NCBI GenBank assembly: GCA_030141605.1
Contig: JAQGDQ010000726.1
Span: 17,422 to 81,421 of the forward strand
Direction: 5' to 3'
Origin: Tubiluchus corallicola
Lineage: Eukaryota > Animalia > Priapulida
DNA: 64,000 nucleotides
Below the pieces are notes generated by a model. The model did not search any database and was not told the origin of the DNA. It saw nothing but the letters and a program-made list of their open reading frames with translations. Of the stretch, positions 13,323 to 26,700 are shown in pieces. Position 1 is the first letter of the stretch. Each line of letters begins with the position of its first letter. A program made the translations under genes and the position numbers.

Positions 13323-14087
13323 AGCATTTTCGTGCATAATAATTTAAATACAATATTGTAACAAAAACATATATAAAAAGTTACAGCAATAGATACGCAT
13401 AAATAATTTCATATTTCTAGTCTCTTGACTGCTGATATACAATAGCATAAAATTGCTAGTAAACTATACAAGATTAAATACTTTACACGATGATATGTTA
13501 GCAAGTAAAAAAACCGTTTCTGAAACTTCATTTTCAGAAAATTTTATACTCAGTTTAAAATAATCCAACTCAATTGGTACAGTCACTCACAGTATAGTTA
13601 AGGGAGACATGTTTTATTAAAAACTTTAAAAATATAAAATGCTAAAAACATGTCACAAACGTTGTGTTGTAAAGAGCATCTTTAATGTCGTCAACAAACT
13701 GAAATACATACAATGCAAACTGAGGACAGCTAAAGATACTTACAAACATTAAGCTATCACAATACAAAGATTTATAAGCGAAAAGATATTTATTAATATT
13801 TAACTGAACGTGACAAAGCTGGTCTGAAGTCGAGTTCATACCAGTAGTACACAACAACATAATTAGTCAGAGCCACCTATGTGATATTACCACCTTTGAA
13901 TACGCACACATGCTTGCAAACGCATAGGCCCTGGTGAACACACTATCAGAAACAATTCGCATTTATACAGGTACGTTCATACACTCTCACACCTTCCAAA
14001 CACCAATCAATTGGTAGAGGTAACAGGTAGAGGAAATGGTTAAAACTGATGAAACAGAAAATAATAACAAAACTGGAATAAATGATT

Positions 14088-14280
14088 TAGATCACTTACC
14101 TTCTCACAAAGTCAGATGCCAAAACTAGAATGACTAATTTCCTGGAAGCACTCTCTACAGAGAATGCAGTAATAACACAGTTAGATCACTTACCTTCTCA
14201 CAAAGTCAGATGACAAAACTAGAATGATTAATTTCTTGGGAGCACTTTCTACAGAGAATGCAGTAATAACACAACTAGAT
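14088..14280. repeat. Two-copy ~94-bp tandem duplication
   Basis: TAGATCACTTACCTTCTCACAAAGTCAGATG...CAGTAATAACACA occurs twice. Confidence 0.85.
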
Positions 14281-14303
14281 GTTAGTCTAGTCAATAGTAT
14301 TAT

Positions 14304-14389
14304 TTGTCTAGACTTTCCTTCTATTGACTTGGCATTGTGACTAGACTATTGCTAACAATGCTAAGTCAATAGAAGGAAAGTCTAGACAA
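14304..14389. repeat. 35-bp-stem inverted repeat (hairpin)
   Basis: TTGTCTAGACTTTCCTTCTATTGACTTGGCATTGT, 16-nt loop, ACAATGCTAAGTCAATAGAAGGAAAGTCTAGACAA; one G:T pair. Confidence 0.9.
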
Positions 14390-14639
14390 TTTTCAAATCT
14401 TTTAACAACCTTCTTGAAGTTAAGTGCGGACATTCGTTAATGGTCAAATACATGTAGTTATAAAATGCCGCATTTAACTAAAAATAATAGAAAAAAAATT
14501 AGTTTAAATTATTATCAAATTCATCTTCATCTATAATGTAAAAGTTTATTAATTTACTTTCTTATTTAAAGGCAGAGTTTAAAATATTGTAAATACATTG
14601 TAAGATTCACGTAGGACCAGTATGTAATCTAAGCATTAC

Positions 14640-14789
14640 CTGAGCAAATAGTTCTTGTAGTATTTGATTCAGTCACATGAACTGCTTCTCCAATGCACTG
14701 ACAAGTAAAACTTCCATCAGTATTTGTGCATCTGGCAATCATTAGATCACAGTCATGAGTTGGGTTACTAGCATCACATTCATTCACAT
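14640..14789 (-). CDS. cbEGF exon
   Basis: DVNECDASNPTHDCDLMIARCTNTDGSFTCQCIGEAVHVTESNTTRTICS; 150 nt, phase 1-1. Confidence 0.9.
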
Positions 14790-17700
14790 CTGTAAAATGT
14801 AATTTTTTAAGTTTTGAAAATTGCAAACGGCAGTTCAGCTATTTTAAAATCTGTTTTCACACATAACTTACTATTTAAATACTGTAACTGTTTAGCTGTA
14901 TTTTTAGCTATTAGTTCCTTAGGCATTTGTTCCACTCACATCTACAGTCCCATCAATACACTGACAAGTGAAATTTCCATCAATATATATTTTGTACAGT
15001 TAGCAAAAATGGAATGACAGTTGTGTGCAGAATTTGCACTATTTGAGAAAAAATAAAATTTTAGAATTACGTAATAATTATTCTGTTTTGAATGTAAGGA
15101 TGTGTGTGGTGTACTATTTTCCTAGTGTCAATCAAAATGCTTGCCTTACAACTTCAATATTCACTAACTACAAAATTTTTGCCTAAAATTTCTTATTTGA
15201 GTAATTCTAAGTAAATTCCTACTTATTTCTGTAATGCAAAAAAACAACAAAATATAATTGTGAAACTGTCATTTTAAAATTAAAACTTAATTTTAATATA
15301 CATATTATAATGGATAGTGTACACATTAAAATGGTATTGTGTTGCTCTGGACAACCAATTCGTGTCCGAATTAGCGAGATTTTGCAGGTATTTGTATCTG
15401 ATATTATCCAGTAGTTACAAAAATGTGATACTTGCAAATAGTTACTATCCGATTTTGTGCAATTGGAAGCGTTTTCGAATAATTTAGCAGCCAAAAATAA
15501 ATCAATAAAATATTTCCGAAAAGATCGTTTTGGCCTACGTTTGCGTTTTCAAGATGAAAATTTTACACACAACTCTTCATTTGTGTTTAATAATACCTTG
15601 TATCTTTGGGCTAGGTCCTTTAAGATGATAGACTAAATGAAAACGCTACAGTTTGCAAACATTTACTAAATTTTCATTAACCAAACTGATATGCATATTT
15701 GATCCGAATTTAGCTTATAATTCAAATCCGGAAGTCAATTTGAGGAAATATTCGCTATCAGGTAGTAGTGTACCCAGAAAAACGACAGTAGTAATGTTCA
15801 TACATTGTTATTTAATATGTACATGCAAAATAATTGTAGATACCGCAATGTCGTAAAATTATTTTCTGCTCAAAACAACGACACCTGAAAGGTGAACAAA
15901 CTTATCAATTTTAAGAAGCCAAAGCCCCGCAAAAAAATTTGTATATAAATACACATCGATCATGAATAATGCGCGAACATCCTACATTGTGTTCGTTTAT
16001 TTACCTAACGCAAAGCCGGCTGTAGCTTTTACTAAATGAAAGTGCCAAAGTTATAGGCAGAGTACAATGGAATGACATCAGAACAATACAAAACGTCAGC
16101 AGTTTTCTAAGCGAGATCGCCAAAAATGAAATCTCCAATCAACTCGCCGCAGCTCCTCTTGGAGGAGGTGTTCTGAGTTGTGACTCACATCATTGCCTAG
16201 TTCCATTCATTATCTTCTCAAAGAGCTTCATAACGTTTTTTCTACAGGCTGTTCGGTAAAAATTTCGAAGAAATGCAGAGTCAGGTACGCCTGTTGTAGA
16301 AAACCGTGACCCTTCCATGAATTCTAAACATCCCTACTACACCCACCATTGTACTGGCTGTCCTACCATTATAAGCACCACATGCGCCCCATTCCCGTCT
16401 ATAGAAATGAAAGGTATAAGCTTTGCAAAAATGCAAAAACCTTTCAAAAATAGTGTCGTCGTCAGAGCTGTACAATCGAATCTTATATATATATATAAGT
16501 TGCTCTGACGGCAACACCATTTTTGACGACACCATATATATATTTATATATATATATGTCTACATCTGCACATATTTCAATAATAAACTTCTTTAAACTT
16601 CTCTTATACACACGTTACATCATCCAACTATGTAGGTACCAGAATTGTATACATGTTTTAAATGATACAGCCAACTTAAAGCGTTTAATTTTTACCTGAA
16701 CAACTGGTTCCTTGGCCTTTTGCTCCACTCACATCAATGGTTCCTTCAATACATTGACATGTGAAGCTTCCATCAGTATTTGAGCAGTTTGCCAGGAATG
16801 GATCACAGTTGTGGGTTCCAGTAGCACATTCATCTGTATCTGAATTTATTAAATTAGTGTTAATTTTAGCATAGTCCATGTAAGTCTTTACCAAGATTTC
16901 ATGATAAATCCGTATCTAATAGGTCATCATTAGTTTTAGCACGGTTCATATAAGCCTTCCAAGATTTCATGATTTTGACATAGTACTACAAACAATACTG
17001 GTCCACTACTTTTACAATTTACAAGAACCCCAGCTTCCATCCATTAAAATTTGATGAAAAACTCGAGCACTGTTGCACTGTAGCTACTGTGATTAAGTAG
17101 TTTTTCCAAATAATACCATTTAAATGTCTACAAAATGGCACTTTGCTGCAAATACCTAATGTTCACCATGCAATGAAGTTTCATACATTAGTTGTATAAA
17201 TACTATAATGTTAATGTAGGACACTGAGCGATGAAATGCCTGTTACATTACTCAACTAGAAATCACAGCTAATTCAATTAACACTTGTAAATTAATGAAA
17301 GTAGTCAACATACTAAATTTCAATTATGGTTGATTGGGGGGGGGGTACTGTGCGAGTTTGTCAATATTTCGCCGTTAATAATTACACTACATCAACTATG
17401 TGACAAAAACAAAATTATGTTTTTGATGATTTATCTATCTGGTTAATTGGGCTTTGTAATACCTAATACTGATTTTAATATGTCGGATATCTGCCTTTAA
17501 GTTTCCATACGTTAATACCAGTGGAAATATCACTTAACTGAGGATTTGAACAAACAAAACCTAAAGTCTGCAGCATCAGCTAGAGTGCCAATATCAATAG
17601 GAAAAATTCCTTGGGCCTAAATAATATTCAAAATAAAAGACAATAAATATTGTTTGACTTAAAATTGAAAATAAAGGGCAGACAACTTTTTAATAAATAT

Positions 17701-20700
17701 GCTGTGTGGTGCAACTTGAACAGTTGATTAAAATTATTCATTCCCACTTTCACATTCGTATTTGTATCTATATTATATCAGTTTCCATATCCATGACGAT
17801 ATTCACATTCTTATTCTTAATTCATGCATGTAATTCACATTTGGTCACCTGTCTCAGGAGTTATTATAGAAAGTACTTATCAACTGTTCACTTACATTTT
17901 GAATTACAAATTATACCAAAGCCAAAGTATGTCAACTGTATTTCATGATTATTTTATTTAGCCCTATAGATAAGCTTTCTAATTGTTGCAGAAATATTAA
18001 AGTTTTGTTTAAGTGATTAAGTTTTGCTTAATCATATTCTTTGATAAAATCGCATTTATTTTAGTGATCACTGCAGCAGTTGAATATTGCATGCTTACCT
18101 ACTGGAAATAATTGTTATTATGAATGTGCTACATACCAGAGTCAGATGCGTTAGAAATTTCACATACTGATGGGAACACGTAGTCGCAAGGCAATTGACA
18201 GTGTTTATAGGGTTTTGAATAAACAACGCAAAAGTCCATCTGAAAAAGATGAAGATGGAAGCAGTTTAATAATTATAGAAAGGATCAATATTAAAATTGT
18301 GGGGCAGACCAAGAAAGCAAAATGTTTTAATTTCAATTTGCTGAGTGATAATTAGCATTAATTAGAATATGATAATAGCGACAGAATAAAAATGATACAG
18401 TTAATGAATCTAATAACAATTTGGCAAGAACGAACAGAAAAAAGGCAAGAACCCAGTAACAAACAAATTTGCCTGTAACGTTGATTTAGGCACAACTGAT
18501 AATCCCTAAAGAATCACAAAAATTAATGAAATTGATACATGTGAATTACCCGAGAAACTTGTTGAAGTAGTTCACTTTTCCAAAGTGAATAACCCAGCCA
18601 TTCAAATGTGTAATTGCCCTTTGAGGTCCAACCATTGAAAACTGAAGCTATCTGTCCATCTGGTGTCTCATAGTTTCCGATTCCAATTTTGAGCCTTGGT
18701 GAAAGCCAGACATTACCATGATTCCTATAATGCACAAATGTTTAACAAATGGAAACTAAACTGTAATAAGCAATTTATTGCAACAAAAGTGAGCATTTTT
18801 CTCCAATGGACTATTTCATTGACAGCAAGCAACAAATAAACTGTTACCTATAGTGTATTACCTAAATATGCTACAAACTGAGGCTTAACTGCTGCTCTTA
18901 ACAACAGAGGACTGTCAGTTGCTATTAGTGATTGAAGAGTACAGTAGCTGTTGCTAATTGTGAAACATTAAATGTTTCTATTTAAGAAATGCCTCAAATG
19001 TGGCACCTTGTATGCCATTCACCAGTTAATGCTCCCTGCTGCCTCAATGATGATGACACTAGTTGTCAACAACTGCTTATTCAGGATTATCAGCATCATC
19101 GTCAGTATCATCACCGCCACCATCATCATCATTAACATCAGAAATTGCTAACTTCGAAATCGCCATCATCTTGATTCCAAATTTGCAGCTTGCACAACAA
19201 TGTAGGATGTATACTTACAGCCCCATGAAATTCTTATTGTCGTAGTCATAGTAATCACTGAGATTGAACATGCTTAGAAGGGCAATGGTATCCTGGGGTG
19301 ATGTCGCTTCCAAGAGTCTCCGTGGAGATGAACACATTACAAGAGCATCTCTATAAGACATTGCCAGTCCCTCCCTCTCTAGGCATTTGGATCGGCCATT
19401 ATGAAAAGCACTAGAACCACAGGCTTGTTTAACTGCAAGCATAAAATGAACAATAATGTTAATTTAACCAGAGTCACTCAGACCTAAGCCCAAATGCACG
19501 GACTTATTGGTCGCTCAGATGCAGTCAGTATGGTTGTGATCTTTGGCAGGATTTCTGGTTGTCCTCTTTCAGCAGATTTCATTGGTCGCAGCACAAGAAC
19601 AAGAGAATATTGACAAACTTTAGTCAGAATTTACAATTATAAAAACTGCAAGGTAACTTAAAAATGATCTTTTTTAGCTTGCCTTTGTCAGTAGAAAGAC
19701 ATAAAACTGTACTTATAAGAGCAAGAGTACAACACTGCTTGTATGTCATGGAACATTGCCAGGAAGACTTAACCTGTCTGAAACAATGTCATCTAACATC
19801 CTACATCCTGTCTCAGCTGCCTGCGGCTACAGCATCTCACAAAGTGCATTGCATCTCACCTGTCTGAGGCAATGGCATCTCACAAACTGCGAATTCTATA
19901 GAGTCGTTAGTTTTTCTGCTCTGAAGGACAAATGCGTTTGACTCTTTGAGCACAATCACCCCAACTTTGTCATCAGCTTCTACAAAACACATTCAGAATA
20001 TGATTCGTTTTAGTACAAGTGCACAAAAAATAAGCTAGGTGTTGATAAGTTATTCAAAAAATCTAAATAATTTCTAATTTTACTAGATAATCGTTGAATT
20101 TCGGGAAAAGAAACTTGACAGAAAAAGAAAATGTGAAAAGGCAAAATTGGAACAGTGGAGGTTCGGATTAAAAGTTCTATGAAGGTTTTGTGAGGACTGC
20201 AGTCAAATTTATTGCTATGAATTAACTGAAATACGTGTTATGTGGTCAGAATTTTTATATACATTGCAAACTCTAGAGACCAGAGATCTTATAAGAGTTA
20301 ACAGAAAATCTGAGTTAAGCAGATTTGAGTTAAGCAAAGTGAAGTGACTGTGAAAAGGTACAGCTTGACAAATGCCGCAGACAAAGTGTATAAGAATGTA
20401 TGCAACGTACATAAGTTTACACATTTTGTACGAATGCACAGCAAAACCTTATTCATAACGTTTTTCAACATACCTTCAAATATTTCAACGTTACTGTAAA
20501 TACCAGTCATGTTAAAATTTGGAGTAACTTCCATATCCTGTAGATGTATCCAGTTATTGGTATTCCCATATTGCATCAGCCCAACCCATGCTATCTGCTC
20601 TCCCCTTAATGATAAAGTAAATTAGTATTGTGTGAAAATTTAAACAGTATATCTTCTATATCCAAAATTCTGCAGTCTTTTTTTCGCCAAAATTTTAGTA

Positions 20701-23700
20701 AAATGATTTTAGTAAGTTTGTCAGCCTTAGCACATTTACTTGCATCTCAACAAATTATATATACTTACAATATATATCAAAAATAACATGGCGTGTTACA
20801 AATAGTTATTATATTCAAAACATAAATTAAGTGTGACACCCATTAATTCATAAGATACATACATTGTAATAGCTGATTCCACTGCTGCTCCAACAGCTGA
20901 TACTTTCTGTTCTGAATCAACTTTAGCTAGAGAAGCAGTCAATCCATCAGCTTCCTGCCAACAAGTCCATTCAGCCAGTGCCAAGGAGTCAAAGTGATTT
21001 CTGGCCAAATTCAGGTCAAGTTGGATTACTTTAAGGCAAGATGAAAAATTGGCACTGGAATAATCGGTCCATCCTGAAGGACACTGATTGCCATCAACTA
21101 AATTAAACAAAACTGTTTTGTAATGTCCAGAAAAAATGCAGAAATGGTTCTCTCGTAAATGTCTCACAGTTCTATGTGTTAACCTTGTGTCTTCCAATGT
21201 CAACCTCTGGTGGACCCAGAAGCAAAATATACAGCTGCAAATGAATATTCAAAGAACATTTAAACCACTAAGTCGTGGAAGAGCTGTGTAGTCATGACGT
21301 GTGCTTAATCGTGAACGTGGCTCTGCTTGTTTTGTGTCTGATCTTAAATATTTGCTATTGGGGATTGTGATGTTGAGTGATTGATATAGATCTTGCTGTC
21401 ATAGATCTGGAACGTTAAAAAACTGGATAGCCATGAAGCAGTTCAACATTTATTGTGAATCACATTAAAATAGCTGTTCTATAATTACGAGTTGGTTTAA
21501 TGTATTATCTCACCTCCTGTCAGTGCAGTTGCCACTGCTGCAGCATCATACTCGCAAATGACATTAATCTCTTCAGAATCATCATGTTGACATCTGTTGG
21601 TTCTCCATCGGTAACCACTACTCAGTTCAGCAATTACACAAAATTTATCATTTGATGCTAAAAAAACAGAAGTGATTAATAAAATTTTAATAGTTCTCGA
21701 TATTATATTAGTAATTATTGTTGAAAGCTGGAGAATCATTGTGTGTAAGTAAGATGATAAAGTATTTTAGTCCGGTTTGTAAGTAAGCATTTACACAATT
21801 AAAATCTTGTTTAGCTCAAGCTGGAAATCTAGTATGGTTTGCCTTATTTATGCTATTTTTTATGTCAGTGATAGCAAGTACAGAAATATGGTGATAAACT
21901 CAACAGCTAGTGATTTTGACATTTTGATTTTGAAAATTTATAAAGTTTTTGAAAGATTCTTATCCATACTGTTGTGTGTTAACATTTTATTTACACTGTG
22001 CATGTATAGCATAGTACATTTGTATACAAAAGTATTTCAGCTCATCGTTGCTTTTTGTAATAATGTTTAATTATTTATTTCACATATTACTATGAAATAT
22101 CTAGACTCGTTATTATTTGACATCAATAAGATTCTCTTATAGTGTAAAAGAGTAAATAATGCGGAAACAGAGCCTGTCAAAATATGCTTCTAAATTCAGA
22201 CTAATATTTCTGTATAGATGAGAAAAAATTGTTTTGAATTGATGTGTGAATTCGTTGGTTTTTAATTCGTGATAATCAGAGATCAACATACCAGGTTTCC
22301 AAACTGGCTGCCAATTATAGTACCAATGTTCAGGCCCTCCAAAATCTTCATAAAGACCGCCATCATCCCAGTAAAAGTTTTTGGTCACTTCATCGTACGT
22401 TATTCCCAGCCAATAGCCTGTGCCTTTTCTTGGAAATACAGCTCTGTAAATAAGGCAGTACATGAAACTTGTTCGATGGTGTTTTGAAGATAATCAAAGA
22501 AAAACTTCAATTGAACTTCTTGACAGACATGCGTAGTAATTGCATATGCGTGGACGTGTGGTGCATGTATGGTCCATGAGTAGCATTTTGTCATCTTGGT
22601 TAACATGATGCCTAGGTAGTCAGTATGCAGATGGAATGGATAAATCATTTTGGTTCTCCCTCTGTACGATTTCCTTTGCCATGTTTATTTGGGCTGTTTA
22701 CCTTTGTGAAGGGAGGATTTACACCAATCCAAACTTATGGTACCACAACCGGGTTAGAGACTTGTGAGATACCAGATTGTATAAAAAATTACGTTTAAAA
22801 ACTGAAACTGACATTAGTCAGTATTTAATTCGTTTCAAAGGAACCATTTACAGTCGTGTCATCGTTAAAACTTATTAACAAAAAATCAGTGGTATGGGGT
22901 AGGCTTCAAGTCTAAAATTACGAAGAAAGTAAGAAACATTTGACACTCACCCATTGTCACGAGCAAAGTAGTCCCAAACCTCTTCACTTTTAATTGTTGC
23001 TAAAGAGGCCCCATATTGCTTGCAGTTGTAATAAGCTTTTACTCGGTTATAATGATGAAGGACAAACTTATAACAATAGTTGTTTGTTCCGTTGGCTCCA
23101 AGAAACCCTTCAAATCCTTCAGGACATGTTGCCTTAGCTAAAAAAAGAGAACATATATGAGGCACTAAAATTGTAACTAATTTATAAACTCAGAAGTTGC
23201 TAATAGGTTTAATTAACTTTAATTTGATTAATTAGTTTAATTAGTTTTCCAGTAATTTGATAAATTAACTCCTTATGACTGACAAAGCACTTGCCATAAC
23301 AAATGGTACTATACTTCCTGATGATGTTATGCAAGACAGTTTACTCTAGAATACCTCATGAAAATACACTATGAGGTATCAAGCTGACCAACTTTAAAAG
23401 CCTGAAACTTGACACATGAGTATATTTTTAAGCCAGCTGCTGCTCGGAAGTTCGACAAAAGATTTTATTTTGTAATTGATTATAGTTTGAAGAACGTAAA
23501 ATATAAAATTAGCAAATAATAACATAAAGGCAAAGGCAACATAATTTTGTTTACTCTAAACATTAGCAATAGCTGCTATCTATGTGACATAAATTTTGCA
23601 AAAAACAGGCAAAAATGCAAGACACAAATAACAAGCAGCATGTAGGGTGTGCACTCCAGTATTAACAGAACTTGTCTCCATCCCAAAACTGCATTGTTGC

Positions 23701-26700
23701 AATTTATGGTCTAAATCATTTGACTTGTGAGCTCAGATGCCTGGCTGCTACACCAGTATTGCAATGACCAATTTCTGTAATACCAAAGGCTGAAATGTTT
23801 ATATTTCATTTCATTAATAGTTTAGTCATATATGCAAACTGTGCTAAACAACTGAAACGTATACCAAGTGACAGAGCAAACTGTCAGTAGATGGAAAAGA
23901 GTCAAATTATAGGTCTAGTAGGCATAATGTTTGCAGAAAAAAATGCTTTTCATTTAATATTTACCCAAACAATTTGTTCCGACTGCATTTGTTCCACTCA
24001 TGTCAATTGTTCCCTCGACACACTGACAAGAAAAACTTCCATCAGTGTTTGTGCAGTTGTTGAGGACTGGGTCACAGTCATGTACTGGGTTACTTGCATC
24101 ACATTCGTCCACATCTGCAAGATGCAATTTGTCAAAATACCATAAAATAAATACCTATTATCACGTTTTATTGTTAATCTTTGCAAACTGTTTAGCTGTA
24201 GTTCTTACCTGAGCAAAGTGTTCCTGTAGCATTTGGTCCACTCACATCAATTGTCCCATCAATACATTGACATGTAAAACTTCCATCCGTATTTGTGCAG
24301 TTGGCAAGGATTAGATCACAGTTATGAATTGGATTATTTGCATCACATTCATTAACATCTGCAAAGAAATATTTTCAGTGTTTATCATCAATTATAAGAT
24401 ACTAATTAGCTATGTTAAAGCTAGCTGTGTAGGTTTAGTTTTTACCTGAGCAAATAGTTCCTGTACCATTTGGACCACTCACAGCTAATCTTCCTTCAGG
24501 ACACTGACAAGTGAAACTTCCGTCAGTATTTGTGCAGTTAGCAAAGATTGGATCACAGTCATGAATTGGATTATTTGCATCACATTCATTAACATCTGTA
24601 ACAAACAGGATTCAATTATCTCGAATTACAAGTCTTTAATTTGCAATGGAAGCTTAATCTTTTAAAATTAACTGTTAGCTGCATTTTTACCTGAGCAAAT
24701 AGTCCCTGTAGCATTTGCTCCACTCATGTCAATTGTTCCATCAATACACTGACAAGAAAAACTTCCACCAGTGTTTGTGCAATTAGCAAGCTGAGGGTCA
24801 CAGTCATGTGTTAGATTAGTAGCATCGCATTCATTTATATCTAAGTTGAACAAAATAAAACTCAAAATTTATTATAACTGCCGCTTACATTGTTTTTGAT
24901 ACAAAATAACTACAGTTATCACATGTCTGTAAAATTTGTTGCTCGTATGTCAATCAAAACCTGGCAGAGTTTATTAGAAATGCTGGAAGATTCATAAACT
25001 TGCAAAACGTGATTATGTTATCAACCAAAATTTCAACGAGATTATTCAACGAGAAATTTGTGCGGGGCTTTAGCTAGTGGTATAAATGTTATAAAATGTT
25101 AATGAGCTACACCTAGCTGTTATAAAATACATTATTTTGTGACTGAGCACCTTTAAAAAAGCTTATTAAGTTTACCTTTGATCATCTGTAACCTTATAAT
25201 TAACCTGCAGAATGACGGAGCTCTTAAATGCTTTAGTGTTTGGCCTAGTACATGAACAACTGCAATGTGGGCCTAATTTTTGTCCACACATGTGCACATA
25301 TTTCAATAATAAGCTTCTTAAAAACTTCTCTTATACATACGTTACATCATCCAACCATGTAGGTACCAGAATTGTATACAGGTTTTAATTGATGCCGCCA
25401 GCTTAAAGCATTTATTTTTTACCTGAACAACTGGTTCCTTGGCCTTTTGCTCCACTCACATCAATGGTTCCTTCAATACATTGTCATGTGAAGCTTCCAT
25501 CAGTATTTGAGCAGTTTGCCAGGAATGGATCACAGTTGTGTGTTCCAGTAGCACATTCATCTGTATCTGAATTTATTAAATTAGTGTTAATTTTAGCATA
25601 GTCCATGTAGGCCTTTACCAAGATTTCATGATAAATCTGTATCTAATAGGTCATCATTAGTTTTAGCACGGTTCATATAAGCCTTCCAAGATTTCATGAT
25701 TTTGACATAGTACTACAAACAATACTGGTCCACTACTTTTACAATTTACAAGAACCCCAGCTTCCATCCATTAAAATTTGATGAAAAACTCGAGCACTGT
25801 TGCACTGTAGCTACTGTGATTAAGTAGTTTTTCCAAATAATACCATTTAAATGTCTACAAAATGGCACTTTGCTGCAAATACCTAATGTTCACCATGCAA
25901 TGAAGTTTCATACATTAGTTGTATAAATACTATAATGTTAATGTAGGACACTGAGCGATGAAATGCCTGTTACATTACTCAACTAGAAATCACAGCTAAT
26001 TCAATTAACACTTGTATATTAATGAAAGTAGTCAACATACTAAATTTCAATTATGGTTGATTTGGCGGGGGGGGGGGTACTGTGCGAGTTTGTCAATATT
26101 TCGCCGTTAATAATTACACTACATCAACTATGTGACAAAAACAAAATTATGTTTTTGATGATTTATCTATCTGGTTAATTGGGCTTTGTAATACCTAATA
26201 CTGATTTTAGTATGTCGAATATCTGCCTTTAAGTTTCCATACGTTAATACCAGTGGAAATATCACTTAACTGAGGATTTGAACAAACAAAACCTAAAGTC
26301 TGCAGCATCAGCTAGAGTGCCAATATCAATAGGAAAAATTCCTTGGGCCTAAATAATATTCAAAATAAAAGACAATAAATATTGTTTGACTTAAAATTGA
26401 AAATAAAGGGCAGACAACTTTTTAATAAATATGCTGTGTGGTGCAACTTGAACAGTTGATTAAAATTATTCATTCCCACTTTCACATTCGTATTTGTATC
26501 TATATTATATCAGTTTCCATATCCATGACGATATTCACATTCTTATTCTTAATTCATGCATGTAATTCACATTTGGTCACCTGTCTCAGGAGTTATTATA
26601 GAAAGTACTTGTAAAAAAAACGTGTAAAATATTTCTGTATAGTATGCATTTTTCAAGATTTGCAGTGATCAGTTTTGTGTCTTTGCATTGCCTTTCAGGC

